DNA of 64,000 nt from Felis catus. Lineage: Eukaryota. The stretch covers positions 61,134,001-61,198,000 of the forward strand of contig NC_058382.1 of NCBI RefSeq assembly GCF_018350175.1. Reading direction: 5' to 3'. Below, piece by piece: positions 1-13,072 of the stretch. How positions within the stretch are numbered: position 1 is the first letter of the stretch; the number at the start of each line of letters is the position of its first letter. The translations under genes and the position numbers were made by a program. The notes below the pieces were generated by a model. It ran no database searches. It saw nothing but the letters and a program-made list of their open reading frames with translations, and was not told the DNA's origin.

Positions 1-713
1 CAGCCCACAGCAGGTGCACACCCCTAGCAGGACCGAGTGCTACGTGTGTGAGTGCGCACAGCTCAGCGACAGGGCCAAGAGCAACGCAGACGATGTCTCT
101 GCTACCGGAACCCAATGTGCACAGCAGGTTACTCATCACACATGGGAACGACCCCTGCACGGCCTTCCTCCTTCATGGTTACACGGGCCTTACTCACAGG
201 TTCTGTTCAAAGTGGGTTCAGAAAAATAAAGAACACACACAAAACCAAAACTTTTGAGCTAAGATTTTGCCATCTGGCCAACAGGAAATCTACACATATA
301 TTCTCCAAAGGAAGGAGCCAGGCGGTTCCAGAGGTTTCCTTGCTGGGAGGCCAGCCCCAGTGACTCTGAGCTGGCTCTGTAAACAATGCACACTCGTCCA
401 GCACGCATCCTGGCATCCGGAAAGAAAACTCGTGTCTTGGAGATTACATATACTCCCAAGCCAGAGAAGGTGAAATGGAGAGCAGGCCGCTGGCAGAGGG
501 CCATGTCTTCCGTCACCTTCACCACGGCTTCGACGGCCCTGACCCAGGGCGCCTCCTGCAGCCAACCACAGAGAGGGTTCCACAGCCACCAGCGTGCTGT
601 CCTGGGCCGGGATGGCCCTTGTGGCAGACAGCAGAGGGCCACGCGACAGTCACGGGACATCATTCACCTTGTGCCAGTAACCCTCACATATCTCGCTTCA
701 AGACTCAGTTTCA

Positions 714-901
714 GGGGTGTCTGGGTGTCTCAGTCAGTTGAGCATCTGACTCTTCATCTCGGCTCAGGTCATGATCTCAGGTTTCTGGGTTCAAACCTCA
801 CGTCGGGCTCTGCACTGACAGCATGGGGCCTGCTTGGGAATCTCTCTCTCTGCCCCTCCTCTGCTTGTGCTCTCTCTCAAAATAAATAAAATTTTTTAAA
901 A
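714..901 (+). mobile_element. CAN-SINE (SINEC)
   Basis: tRNA-derived head, (CT)n body, AATAAA tail; TSD aaga(c/t)tcagtttca at 700-713 and 902-915. Confidence 0.93.
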
Positions 902-1709
902 AAGATTCAGTTTCAGCTTTAGTGTTTTGTTTTTTGGCTTAAGATTCTGCAACGTTACTCATTGCCATTTTAATGTCTGTTAGTAAAGGACACCTAGTTC
1001 AGTAAAGACCCAGATGCCATCAACTGCATCTTGCGACAGAGGGTTCAAATATGACACAGGAGACTGGTGGCTTCAGCCCTGCCCACTCGGCCCAAGTGAA
1101 GCCACAGGCGGAAGTGATGTCACTCTGCTGGACCGTCACCAGTCGGCCCACGAAGGAGAAGGGCATCGACACCATCAGGCCCAAGTCCTTTGCCCGGAGC
1201 CCGTTTCTGCCACATCTACGTTACCAGTTACTTACTGAGCAAAGCTGTCCTCTGCTTCAAAACATTCCAGAGACTTTAGCCAATCACTGCCAATGTCCTC
1301 ATCTAAAGGATGGCTCCAGGAAACAATCTCAAAAGCAAGACCACAGACGTACCCCCTTGTCCTCCACACAGGACGGGTGTCTCTACAAACCAATGCCCGA
1401 TGCAGACAGCTCAAGAATCCTGTTTTATTTTTAGTGAAGACCAAACCAGATCCCCACGGAAGCCACTTTCCATACGCTCCAACTGCTGCAACCACACAGT
1501 GAGAGGGTGACTCCTCGGACCCAGCAGAGTCCCTGGGCTGTGCCTGGCAGCAGCCATGGGCCTCTCGTTCAGCTCCTGCCTCTTTGCCGAGGTCTGGCTT
1601 TCTCGGCTGTTCTGGCTAATCCTATGCTCTGAGCCTTGGCTGCTGGCCACAGCAGTTATTAATGGCACTTGAGATTCTTCCACACCTGCCTCTCTGCCTT
1701 CTCCACACG

Positions 1710-1770
1710 GCACCTGCAGCTGGAACCTGACTCCCGGACACTCTGCACCTGCAGCTGGAACCTGATTCCC
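1710..1770 (+). repeat. Direct repeat, 26 bp x2, 35-bp period
   Basis: gcacctgcagctggaacctga(c/t)tccc at 1710-1735 and 1745-1770. Confidence 0.9.
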
Positions 1771-1921
1771 TATGTGGCACCTTCACCTTCCTCCTCTAGA
1801 AGCAGCGTGAGATGCCCAAGTGACACAGAAGGGAAGAGACAGCGGCACTCACCAGACTCTCTGTAAGAGCTACAAAACCTAAAAACAACAAATGTCACAG
1901 ATACCAAAATTAGCATCACAT

Positions 1922-2123
1922 ATTTTAAGTTTGTTTGCTTATTTTGAGAGACATAGAGCAAGCCGGGAGCGGGGGGGGGCGGGTAGAGAGACAGAATCCC
2001 AAGCAGGCTCTGTGCTGGCAGCACAGAGCCTGATGTGGGGCTCGAACTCACCGACCGTGAAATCATGACCTAAGCCACAAACAAGAGTCAGACGCTCAAC
2101 CAACTGAACCAGCCGGGCGCCCC
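1922..2123 (-). mobile_element. CAN-SINE (SINEC)
   Basis: Reverse-complement SINE: T-rich tail, gagagacagaatcccaagcaggctc, ends gggcgcccc. Confidence 0.92.
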
Positions 2124-2524
2124 AGCCTGCATATATTTAATCGTTTGACAACATATTTGTAATGAATGGTATTTAAGTTACACGTGATGATATTATGCAG
2201 GATTGTATATCTTATATTCTAAAATATTTAGAAGATTCAAGGCCCACAGATCTATTTTCGTTACGTGCAATAACCAGTACTGGTTATTCAAGATCAACGT
2301 GCCCGTCTGAGTATGTTGCAAGCACAGCAAGAAAGTCAGGAGATGGGACGCTAGGGACAACACCGCTCCAGACGAAATCGACCACACAGGGCCTAGAATA
2401 TACCCACCACTGACATTTGACAACTTCATCCTTGCAGGCGGCTCCGTGTTCGTACGGGTGGGGTAAGGGGGCGACCAGGACAGAAGAGCAAAACGATTAG
2501 TGCCTACAAGAAAGACCTAAGGAG

Positions 2525-2769
2525 GGGGGTGCCTGGGTGGCTCAGCTGGTTGAGCGTCCAACTTCGGCTCAGGTCATGATGTCACAGTTCGTGGGTTCGA
2601 GCCCTGCATCAGGCTCTGTGCTGACCGCTGGCTCAGAGCCCGGAGTCTGCTTCAGATTCTGTGTCTCCTTCTCTCTCTGCCCCTCCCCCACTCATGCTTT
2701 GTCTCACTCTGTTTCTCAAAAATAAATAAATGTGAAAGAAAAGACAAGAAAAGACAAGAAAAGACAAGA
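2525..2769 (+). mobile_element. CAN-SINE, feline SINEC_Fc-like, with (AAGAAAAGAC)n tail
   Basis: Full head and body; TSD aaagacctaaggag at 2511-2524 and 2770-2783. Confidence 0.95.
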
Positions 2770-4819
2770 AAAGACCTAAGGAGTAAAACGCCCAGGTCAT
2801 CCTGGCTCGAAAGCTCTCAGCTGTAAAGGGAGCCACAATCCGGGGGGGCCTCCCCAGAGCTGTGAGGGGCTCCAGTGGCGGCAGGCCCTGCCCGTCCTAC
2901 ACTAGCCTACGCAACGTCCCTGGAGAGACCTCCTGTCCCAATCCTCAGCTGTCCCCTTGGGGCTTCGCTGTTCTTCCACAGGGTCTGGAACCCTGCTCCC
3001 GACACAGCTGGAGAGTCCTCTCAGCCACCCAACATCAGATCTCCCGACGGAAGCCCCGCGGCATCTCCACTCGCCCTCTTCCGGGAAGCCTGCACGGGTG
3101 GCAGGGAACAGGGGCACTCAGGGATGCAGGCCTCGCCACAGCTGCTGTATGAGGCACTGGGAGGGAGCCACGGGAGCCTCGTCCACCTGCACTTCTCCGG
3201 GCCGTCACCAGAGCCTCGGGGCAGTGAGCCGGCCGTGCAGGCCCAGCGACCACAGGCCCTCCTGCGACTCTGAAATCAGGGCTTTCTACATCATGTTCAC
3301 GCTCCACGGGGGCACCGTGGAAACATGGACACGTGAGGTGTCCTGTGGTCACAGTACAACGTGACTCCGTCCACACGGTGTCGGCCAGTAAGCGCCACCA
3401 CAAGAAGGCTCAGCCAGGCAGCACCAAGGGCAATGTCGCCCTGCACCTTAGAATCAAACCTGAAAGGGCCAGTTACGAAACGAAGTGCACAACAGGAAAG
3501 CCCAAACAACACGTAAACGTTAACACAAATCAAAGCTGTTACTGGTATGTATGAAAAACACACAGTATTCTGAAACTAAAGAATCCTGGTCAGAAATACT
3601 CAGATTTTCATTGCATTTTTTTCGTTCACTCTCTAATCCGAAGCATTCTCTAAATGGACCCTGTGACTGAACGGCACACACAAATTTGCTATTTATGCTT
3701 AAATGCCAGGCAAGGATTAGGATTTAGTCTTGCAAAGTTTTAAAATATCTAAAGGAAACAACTTAGAGAGTTACAGTTCGCTACCTACAATTTAGGAAAA
3801 TCAGCCCAAATTTCCTTCTCATTCTGTCAAATTCAGGTGCGATCTCTGTACCAAGCCCAGCTCACCGCTCACACGTGACGCACACAGGACACACCCCTCC
3901 CGCGTGCACCGTGTGGACCAGATAATGAGCCACAAGACCCCCGGCTCATCCCATCGTGCAGGAAGCCTCCTTCCCTGGTAGCTCACGGGACACTCCTGAG
4001 TACAGCACTTCCAGCAGAGCTGTGCGCGTTTCTAACCTCCCCTCCTCCACTCTGCCCTAACTCGGCACTGAATGTAAAGGAAGAACCTGGGAGTCCGCAC
4101 AGCCCCCACACGGACACAGGCCCCTCCAGGCAAGGAGGCACCGTATCACACCGCCTCCCTGCCACACTCAAAATGCTGGGCATGAACACAGCCCCCAGAA
4201 AAATATAACCAAACACTGGGTTCTTGTGAAATCCCTCAGCATGAACCAAAGTGAAGAACACCACGTTAATTTTCAAATTTTAGCACTGAAATGACATTGT
4301 AAGTCTTTTCCCAAACTTTGTGGAGGATGCCGTGAAACCTCTTTCAATAAATAACAAGTCTGAAAGCCAAGATAATCAAGATTTAGTAAAAGTGACATGA
4401 ACCTCCCCTCCACTACCCCCTTCCTCACTATATACACTGTCTGCAGTCCTAAGAAAGAGACTGTTAATTCTTTCTTAACAGCCCCAACCAGGAATGACAA
4501 TTTTGTTGGCTGACTGAAGAGCTGAACTCTTAAAGTAGTTGAAAGATCGGGTACAAAGGGGAGCTCCAGAGTGGACCAGTGATTTTTGGAGAAAATATCT
4601 ATAAACTGAATTCCAGAAACGCCGGTTCCTACTTGACAAGAACACATCCTTGTTAACCTTGTGACCTTCATGGATGTATGCTTAATTATGTAGAAGCATA
4701 CCAAATAACTAAACATAAATGCAAAGTGTTTTTACAATATGTAAACACATAGGTAACGTTACATATATTCTCCAGTATCACTTACTTAATAACATTTCCA
4801 TCTTAATTTGGCAGGTTCG

Positions 4820-5032
4820 GGGGCGCCTGGGTGGCTTGGTGGGTTAAGTGTCCGACTTCGGCTCAGGTCATGATCTCACGGTCTGTGAGTCCGAGCCCCG
4901 CGTCGGGCTCTGTGCTGACAGCTCAGAGCCTGGAGCCTGTTTCAGATTCTGTGTCTCCCTCTCTCTCTGCCCCTCCCCTCTTCATGCTCTGTCTCTGTCT
5001 CAAAAATAAATAAACGTTAAAAAAAAAAAAAT
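4820..5032 (+). mobile_element. CAN-SINE, feline SINEC_Fc-like
   Basis: ggggcgcctgggtggc head, poly-A tail; TSD ttaatt(t/c)ggcaggttcg. Confidence 0.95.
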
Positions 5033-5251
5033 TTAATTCGGCAGGTTCGTAAAAGACCTGTGTTGAGTCCCAATGTTGGAGCCATGAAGCTCAGTTACTT
5101 ACTTACAAGAAAAATGCAAAACACAGAATATGTAAATACGCTTTGATCCAAAAGAGTCAGAATATCCATGTGGCCCCAGGATGGGCTGAGCCTCACGGGC
5201 CGGTGAGGGGTGGAGGGGGGTTATCTCGACCGTGCTGGGGGACAATGTGCA

Positions 5252-5290
5252 GGGGACTCGAGCCCCTCAACGGCCCAGAGCCTGCTTGGG

Positions 5291-5336
<46 letters not shown>

Positions 5337-5365
5337 CCTTCCTCTGAAAATAACTAAATAAATAC
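5252..5365 (+). mobile_element. 5'-truncated or degenerate CAN-SINE with (CT)n
   Basis: gagcctgcttgggattctctctc, (TC)n, aaaataactaaataaa. Confidence 0.75.
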
Positions 5366-5544
5366 ACTTTTCTTAGAAAGTGGCTACAAGGCTTTCTGAA
5401 GCTTGCTTTCAAAAGCAACCCCCACACCCCCGTGCCCTACACCTAGAAGCAGGCAGGTGGGATCGCTGGAGGAAGGACCGTGCCCACAGGGACACGCAGG
5501 GATGGTGCTCAGGGAGAGACGTGCTCAACAGAACTGGCCTCCCT

Positions 5545-5580
5545 GACCCACCCCTCCTCCCCGACCCACCCCTCCTCCCC
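5545..5580 (+). repeat. 18-bp tandem duplication
   Basis: gacccacccctcctcccc x2. Confidence 0.85.
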
Positions 5581-6807
5581 GCATCTGTCACGCGGCTGCT
5601 GGAATCCGCTCCAGGCATGGCTGTCAGAGGCATTTGAGGAGACGGCACCCGCCAGGGCTGGCTGTGCAGAGCCCGCCAGCCCAGGGTCCAGGAGGGTGGC
5701 CCCAGGAGAGGGCCAGACAGCAACTCCTTCGCAGGCTCTGTTGCTGGGAACAGCTCTTGAAGAACCTGAGAACCACCCTCGACAATCTGGTCGCACAAAT
5801 ACCGCCTGAGGTCTGCCAGCAGCTGGCCGGTGGCCCAACCAGGGCACGGCCCTGATCCCTCACTGTGGCCGTCCCCTGCCTCTCTCTGTCCCTCCATCCG
5901 GAGACTGCCTCTCTGCGCTGCGTCGACAAGGAGGAGCAGGGACGGTGAGACCGCACAGGCCTGTGTGTGCTCACATGCCCGGTGTCAGCAACTCACCCAG
6001 CTCGGAGCGCCCGAGCCTGTGGCCTTGATGTCGTCATGGCATGCAGCAATGCCCCATGGGTCCCTGGCTCTGCCCCCTGCAGACACCCCACCTCCAGCTT
6101 CCCTCAAGGCCAAACCTAAAACTACTTCCAAAGCACCCCCACCCCCCCACCCCCCCACCCCCGCAGCCCCAGACTCCCTACAAATGCACAGCTGCCCACG
6201 GCAACCTGCAGTGGCCCGGGGTGCCCTTCAGCCCTGCTCCTCTGCCCTGGCCCCTCCCCAGCCTGGTAAGTCTGCCTGCCTCTCGGGCCTACGGCAGGCA
6301 GCGCTGCAGTGTGCCCGTGGCCCCGGGCCGGGTGCCACAGCCATCGTCCTCACCACGTCCAGTGAGCACTGCCTCTGTGTGTGCCGCTGCCTCTCCCAAA
6401 GGCAGGCGGGGGCCCTGCCCTGACGTGGGCAGGCACCCCCTTTTCAAGTCCCAAGGTAAGCGCTTGGGAAAGGGGCTCATGCTCAGAAACGCCTCCTGGA
6501 TACACACACTGAATTCTGGGTTAAAACCAGTTACGTCTGAGGAAAACAACATTACAACGGTAATTCAAAGCGAAAGATCCCTCTTAAACTATCTCTTTGT
6601 TTTACGAAATACCGAAGCCAGCACATCTGCCACGTTTGTTGTCTTCGCAACACTCGTCCGCCACTACTACGTGTCTTCAGGCTCCGACAATAAGCGCCTG
6701 GTGTATATGTCTGCTCTGTAAGAAACTGGCCGTGCAGCAAAACCGCTCTCTTCATCTGAGGAGGCTGCATTCACCTGGTTTCTGGTTTTGTTCACAAACG
6801 GTAAGTT

Positions 6808-7016
6808 TTTTTTTTGTTTGTTTGTTTTAAAGTTTTATTTATTTGTTCTTGAGAGAGAGGCAGAGAGAGGGAGAGGGAGAGAGAGGAAATCCCAAGCAGG
6901 CCCTGCACTGTCAGCACGGAGCCCGATGCGGGACTCGAACTCACACACTGTGAGATCACGATCTGAGCTGAAAGTAAGAGTTGGACTCTCAACCGACTGA
7001 GCCACCCAGGCGCCCC
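6808..7016 (-). mobile_element. CAN-SINE (SINEC)
   Basis: Reverse-complement SINE; TSD acaaacggtaagtt at 6794-6807 and 7017-7030. Confidence 0.95.
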
Positions 7017-7399
7017 ACAAACGGTAAGTTCTAAACCCAACTGGCTTCCAACCACTTTCTCCAAACGCATCTTTTTAAGGCTTTTCTGTGCAGTGCTTTC
7101 TCTCGCCGTCAAATTAACTTCTTGCTCTAAAGGAAAATACAGGACAACGAAAGACTACAGAACAAGGGGTGGGGGCAGGACGTCGTCGAGATGCAGGCAC
7201 AAGACTGGAGAGGAAGGGGGAGGCCACGAGGACCGGCTCGGACCTCATCACAACCCAGCTCGACCCTGGCACCGTGTCCTGGGCAAGGACGGTGCGCCAC
7301 GTCAAAGCCACGGCACCCTGACCTCAACAACAGGTTCTTCCAGCAGACACGAAAAGTTCTCCAAAGGCTCGGATCTAACCAAAAAGCAGGGCTGCAACC

Positions 7400-7735
7400 T
7401 CACTGCTGGCTTACGGCCGAGAGAAACGAAAGCCCGTCACACAAAAACTTGTACGTGAACGTTCGTCCGGCACTGTTCAGAGCCACCAAGAGGAGCAAAC
7501 GATGGCGATGTCCGTCAAGTGATGACGACAGACAAAATGAGGCGCTTCCGCACGAGGATCCAGGATCCAGCCGTGAAGAGGAATGATGTGCCCACACACG
7601 TTACGACACACACGAACCCTTGTGACGCGGTGCTCAGTGGAAGGCCCCACGTTGTGTGATGTGGTTCCACGAAACGTCCAGGACGGGCAGAGCCCCAGCC
7701 ACAGACAGCAGGCTAGTCATGGCGGCAGGCCACCG
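7400..7735 (+). mobile_element. Old L1M (L1MB/MC/ME-like) 3' fragment
   Basis: gagagaaacgaaagcccgtcacacaaaaacttgtacgtgaacgttc...aaacgtccaggacgggcagagccccagccacagacagcaggctagtcatggc follows the L1M ORF2 end/3'UTR as recalled. Confidence 0.75.
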
Positions 7736-10189
7736 GGTTCCTGGTGAGGAACCGCGCCGAACACAGGCAGACACACCTGTGACCAAACCACACCCAAGGA
7801 CGCGCAGAACAGGACAGCCGGAGCAAGGTCCGAGGACGGACGGCTCCAGAGCTGACACCCCATCCTGGTTGTGACACTGCTCACAGTTTTGCAAAACGTC
7901 ATCACTGGAAAAACTAGGCAAACTGTGTGTGAGCCTACAATGGCCTCAAGAAAACCAACAAAGAGAAACCGGGGGGAGCCGACCTAGGCCCACCCCCACC
8001 GCCAGCTGAGGGCTTGTCCCCTCGGCAGGGCCCAGGCACAGCCCGTGCTCGCGTGACCACAAAGCAAACCTTTTCCAGATGCAGGTCCAGGAGCAGCAGG
8101 GAAAGAGATGGGCCGCCCCAGTCAGATGTGGTGGGGAGGGCCTGGAGGGGCAGGGGGGCTGCAGTCAGCACAACCAGCTTCTAGCACTACAGCAGGTGAG
8201 GTTCCTCTCAGGCTCCGAGGACACCGATTTCAGAGGCAGCCACATGCGACCGGGGTGTGGAGCCCATGTGGAGAAGTCTCTGGAAGGGAGGGGCTCCCGG
8301 CCACGACCTGGGGAGCAGTGCCGAGTACCCACACAGCCTGCCAGCACCTCTCCGGGACCACCCTTGTCAGGACCCTGGGGCCCCGCCACACCCTCAGCAC
8401 AGTACAGGTTCTGCAAGCAGTGACCCTGAACCCTCCCACCCCATCGCGTCAGGCAAAATGGTCAAAGGCTCCTACAATCCGCCCCAGGAACCACGGAGCC
8501 AACTCCCCCAACTAAGAGGGGGCAGTGTCTGCCTTGAGCACAGCTCCCACTGCTGGTGAAAACGAGCCGACCGAAGCCCGCGGTCCACCCGGCTGAGGAT
8601 GGCAGTGGTGTCTACTGGCCCGCGCTCACCTGACCTCACTTCCTTCCCCCACAAGTCCCAGATGCAGAAGTGAGGTGTAACCAAGGAGACCATCATCCTG
8701 CGTTAAGATCTCCACGACTCCGGTCAGAGAGAGCCGAGCGCGGCCGCGATGCCCCTGCACCTGCAAGGCCTGCAGATCTGCACGCACACCGAAGGACCAG
8801 GTGAGAACCCTCTGCTGCCCACTGACCCTGAGCCCCGTGGCTGCACAGCTCAGCTCCATGCTTCAGTGTCCCTAAATATGTTTGGCAATGACACGGTCAG
8901 TCTCCCCATCTCATGACAAATGAGAATTAAAAACCACCACGGGCCTGTGTTCTTTTCTGACATACCGGGAAGGAGACAGACTGGCTTTCGTTTCTTTCCC
9001 ATCAACTCAAGAAAGGCACAAGTCCCAAAGAGGACGGCCTGAACACCAACACTCAGCAGAGTAACTATTCCCAAGAAACAAACCAACATGGCCAACTTCA
9101 CGGTCTGGTGCGGTTTTAACCCAACAGACTGAGACATGGCGGCTCCAGGCAGCCAAGAGCGAGCACACGCGTTCCCTTTATGTCAGCACACGAGCCCAAC
9201 AGTCTATCCCAGCACAGCTTCTCAGGGGCAGGAGAGGAGGAGGGCAGCGCAGGCTGGAGATCTGCACCCCACCCCCAAGAAGGGGCTCTCCCAGGTGGCC
9301 AGGGTGACACACATCCGCCAGAGCTATGCTAGCTAGCAGCACCCAAAGATGGCAACGCTGAGGGGGAGGGCAGGCGCACCTGGTCCCCTCCAGGCCTCTG
9401 CCCACGGTGGGCGTGTCCTGATGCCCAGCCGCACAGAAACCAGAGAACCACGTGGAAGGCAGGTGCACTGACCAGGGCAGGCCACGTATTTATCTAACAG
9501 CCGGAATGTGAACCCATCAAAACACCCATCTCCGATGCTCCGGCACATTACGCAACACCAAAGACGGTTGGTTCATCAAGAACCACTTCTTAAGAAGTCC
9601 TCCTGAACTCTAAAGTGGGAACCAGAGGAGCAATGGGTTCCAGAACACAAGAGTACGAGTGAAGGTCTGCACTGAACCCAGGGGTCCCCCCACTGATTGC
9701 TGCCTCAAACCAAAGAAACACGAAGAGACCACCAAGGACAGCACCTGACTCTCACATAAATAAAGGATTGTAAACACTCGATTCTGTGAAAAATGACCAC
9801 TAGGGTTTACACCCTAAGGAGGAAAAGAAAAAGTAAGCCCGTAACAAGATGGACCGTAACACTCCAGGTCTATGAGAAAAGCCACACGGTGCCATCCTCC
9901 ATGGACAGGGTGAGGGAACCACCCACAGCCACACAGCACCACCACCACCACATTCTCCTCCATCAAGAGGGCGGGGGCAGCGGGGGAGCTGCCTACAAGA
10001 GGGGTTTGCAGGAAGCCCAAGCAACAGGCCCATCCAAAGGGAGCCCCTGGTCTGGAGCGAGGTGGTCAGCAGGCCTTCAAGGGACAGTCAAGAGTGCCAG
10101 CGGCTCAAACCAAGCACTGATAAGAGAACAAAGGCCAAGATTCTTAAAGGTCTTTAACCAGAAGAGATTCTGCCAAAGAATGTGCGAGT

Positions 10190-10405
10190 ATAAAGCATGA
10201 TGTCTGAGATTTACATTAAAACATTAAAGTTTAAAAACTTAAAAAAAAAAAACAAAGACACAAAAAAGCAGGGGAAGGAAACAGATGTAACCGGACTGGC
10301 AAAATGTTGGTGACTATTGAAACTGGGTAGGTATACAAGGGCACTATTCTCTCAGATTCTGTGTATGTTTAGAAATATCCCTAACAGAAAGTTAAATAAA
10401 AATTT
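10190..10405 (+). mobile_element. Old L1M 3' end fragment
   Basis: atgatgtctgagattt...ggcaaaatgttggtgactattgaaactggg...tgtgtatgtttagaaata resembles the L1ME/MC terminus. Confidence 0.7.
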
Positions 10406-12844
10406 TAACTTTGTGTGACGTCAGAGAGCTGCCATGTCTTGGTGGCTCACTGAAACTCACTCCCTGGCAATACACCGTCCTCCCTCTCAGCCACAGCTGT
10501 CCACCAGTCCCCCACGTGTGTTCCCCACTCACCCAGTTTCCCAGCTCCTTCACAGAAGCGCTGCTGTGCACATGCTCACACGTGCACGCACGCAGCGGAG
10601 GAAGGCTAGAGGGACCACAGCCGATGTTCTCACGACAAGAAACGAACATTCAGATCACCGTCATTCTGTCTCTCCCCCTTACTACTAGCGTGAGGAGCTC
10701 TCCTCCAGGTTCAGACCACTGGATGGGAGAAGAGACACAATGCTAGCCAGTAAGAGGAAACGCCTCCGCGAGTCCTCCAGTCTAACCCAAAAGAGTTATG
10801 TCACTTTCCCAAGATCCTAAGCCAAGCTAATGGCTGAACCTGAACAAAAAAGCCTTATTTCCAAAACCATACCAAAATAAATGGTGTAGCTACGGGGTGA
10901 AAGGCAGTACCTCTGTCCTACCGACACTGGACCCTGGCCTCACGGCACCCTCACGGCACCGTGCTGTAGGCCGGTGCCTACAGCCTAGGATGGAGAGTAC
11001 CTGCCACAGCGCATTCTGGTCCCTAAAAACGGAGGCACACCAGGGACACCTGTACATGCCATCAAGTACCATGACCAAGGCCAGAGCAGTGTCCCTCCTC
11101 CCTATGCTGTGCTCCCCCCACAGGCCTCCCAGTGCCTGACTCGGGTCCCAGCCCCAGAGGTCGAGGTGAAGGTGCAGAGAGCAGTGGAGGGCTCCCTGTC
11201 AACAGGAGGAAGATGGTCTGCAGGTATGGGAAGATCACCCTGGGAGCTGGGGGCCTGGGCACCCCCACCACCCGATGCCCTCCCAGCTACACAGGATGGC
11301 TGCTCTGGCCTCACCCAGCAGGGCAGTGCATTCCAGGTGCCGATGGCACGAAGAGCACAGCATCAAGGTGTCTCCTACAGCCGTGGCCAAGCCCAGGCAC
11401 GCATCTGGGTGCACTAACGCTGCTGCTCCCCAGGAGGGGCTGGCCCACAGAAAGGACACTCGGCACACGTGTTCATCCGTGCCCACTAACACTCTTTAAA
11501 AAGCTAGCCCGAAAATGTATGAGGCCGGGACATGCCCAGAAAGCGTTTCGGACTGGTTCCTGGGTGGTGGGGACAGCCCCTCGCCCGCCCCACGCCACAC
11601 ACGCGGCAGGTCCGAGAGCAGTCTGCAGGCGGCAGGGCCCGGAAGGCAGCGGGCAGGCGTCTCCGCAAACAAGGTGCACTTGGGCTCTTTATCTCATTAT
11701 CACAAATCCAAGAATTTCTGAGATAGACCGTCTACCAGCTTCTAAGTGGAATGAAAAATTTATAAGATAATTAAAAAAAAAAAAAAAAAAAAAGGAAGCT
11801 CAAATCAAGTGTAAACCACCAACAGGTCTCAATACACGTTGAAACCTGGACGTGGGGCTAAGAGACTGGAGGCGCAGCCTGCGTGAACGAGCCACGCGTG
11901 TGCCCCCGACCAGGTCAGGGGTTCCGGCGGCAGCTCTGGCAGTGTGCTCAGCACCCACATGCTCCCAAGGGCACCCCGAACTCTCGGGACCCTGCTCCGC
12001 CCCTCCCCTCACGAACACCAGCCCTTCGAGGGGCGGTACGTGCAGCCCCAAATACGGAAGATCATATATGCTCACCGTCGACGAGCTCGGGCCGAGGGTG
12101 GAGGACAAACCGGACGACTGCCCGTTCATGTTCTAATTATCTCCAAATAATTTCCCGAGGAATATAATTTTCATCAAAAATCTCAAAGATACAAAAAAAA
12201 TTTTAGAACGAGCCTGCTACAGAGCCCTACCATCTCACAGTTTCCAGCCCTCGTAGCCCTCGTCTCTCAAACCACACACCCTCGTCTTTATTCACCAGAC
12301 ATTCTATTTTCTCCGTCTCCAAACTGCTCAGGCTTCAATTCAGGTCCAAATATAAATGAGCATGTATCAAACGCCTCCTTTCTACCAAGAAAGCCACTGT
12401 GAAAGATGTTATTTCTGGCATCCCAGCTGCAAAGTGACGATGCATTTTTAACTCCTTCTCTCCTAAGTTGTAGGGTGCCGGGGGCCGGCAGGTACCTGGC
12501 TGGCAAGCTACCCCAGAGCACACGTGGCCGCACCTGCATCCCTGGGGGCCCCGCACGCCCTGCAGACCCACCTGAGGACACCACCGAACCAAGGGAGCTG
12601 CCCCGGGCAGCGAACAGTCAACATTTTTGCCGTAAGGCCAAACGAGTCTTTGCTTAAAGACAAAAATCAATAGGACACAGGTTCATTTGCAGAGAATCTA
12701 GAGAGAAGTGCAGGGGAACTGACAGAGCTGCTGAACTGACAGCCACAGGCTCTCCTATCAGTGTACTTTCTGCAGGGAGGTGGAGGGAGGAGGAAGAGCA
12801 TGCTGGGGAGAGCTGGTGGCAAATATATAAACAAGGCTTCACAC

Positions 12845-13072
12845 GGGGTGCCTGGGGGGCTCGGTCGGTGGAGCGTCCGACTTCGGCTCAGGTCATGAGC
12901 TCACGGTCTGTGAGTTTGAGCCCCGCGTCGGGCTCTGTGCTGACAGCTCGGAGCCTGGAGCCTGCTTCGGATTCTGTGTCTCCCTCTCTCTCTCTGCCCC
13001 TCCCCTGCTCACGCTCTCTCTCTCCCTCTCTCTCAAAACTAAACAAACATAAAAAAAAATTTTCTAATAAAA
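12845..13072 (+). mobile_element. CAN-SINE, feline SINEC_Fc-like
   Basis: Full element; TSD ataaacaaggc(t/g)tcac. Confidence 0.95.

Noticed and set aside
8630..8760. Minus-strand pseudo-exon with CAG|gtgagc donor
   Set aside because: The acceptor lacks a pyrimidine tract and has competing AGs.
12076..12132. Minus-strand MNGQSSGLSSTLGPSSST followed by donor gtgagc
   Set aside because: Good donor but poor acceptor; the peptide does not match ANKRD11 or anything I recognise.
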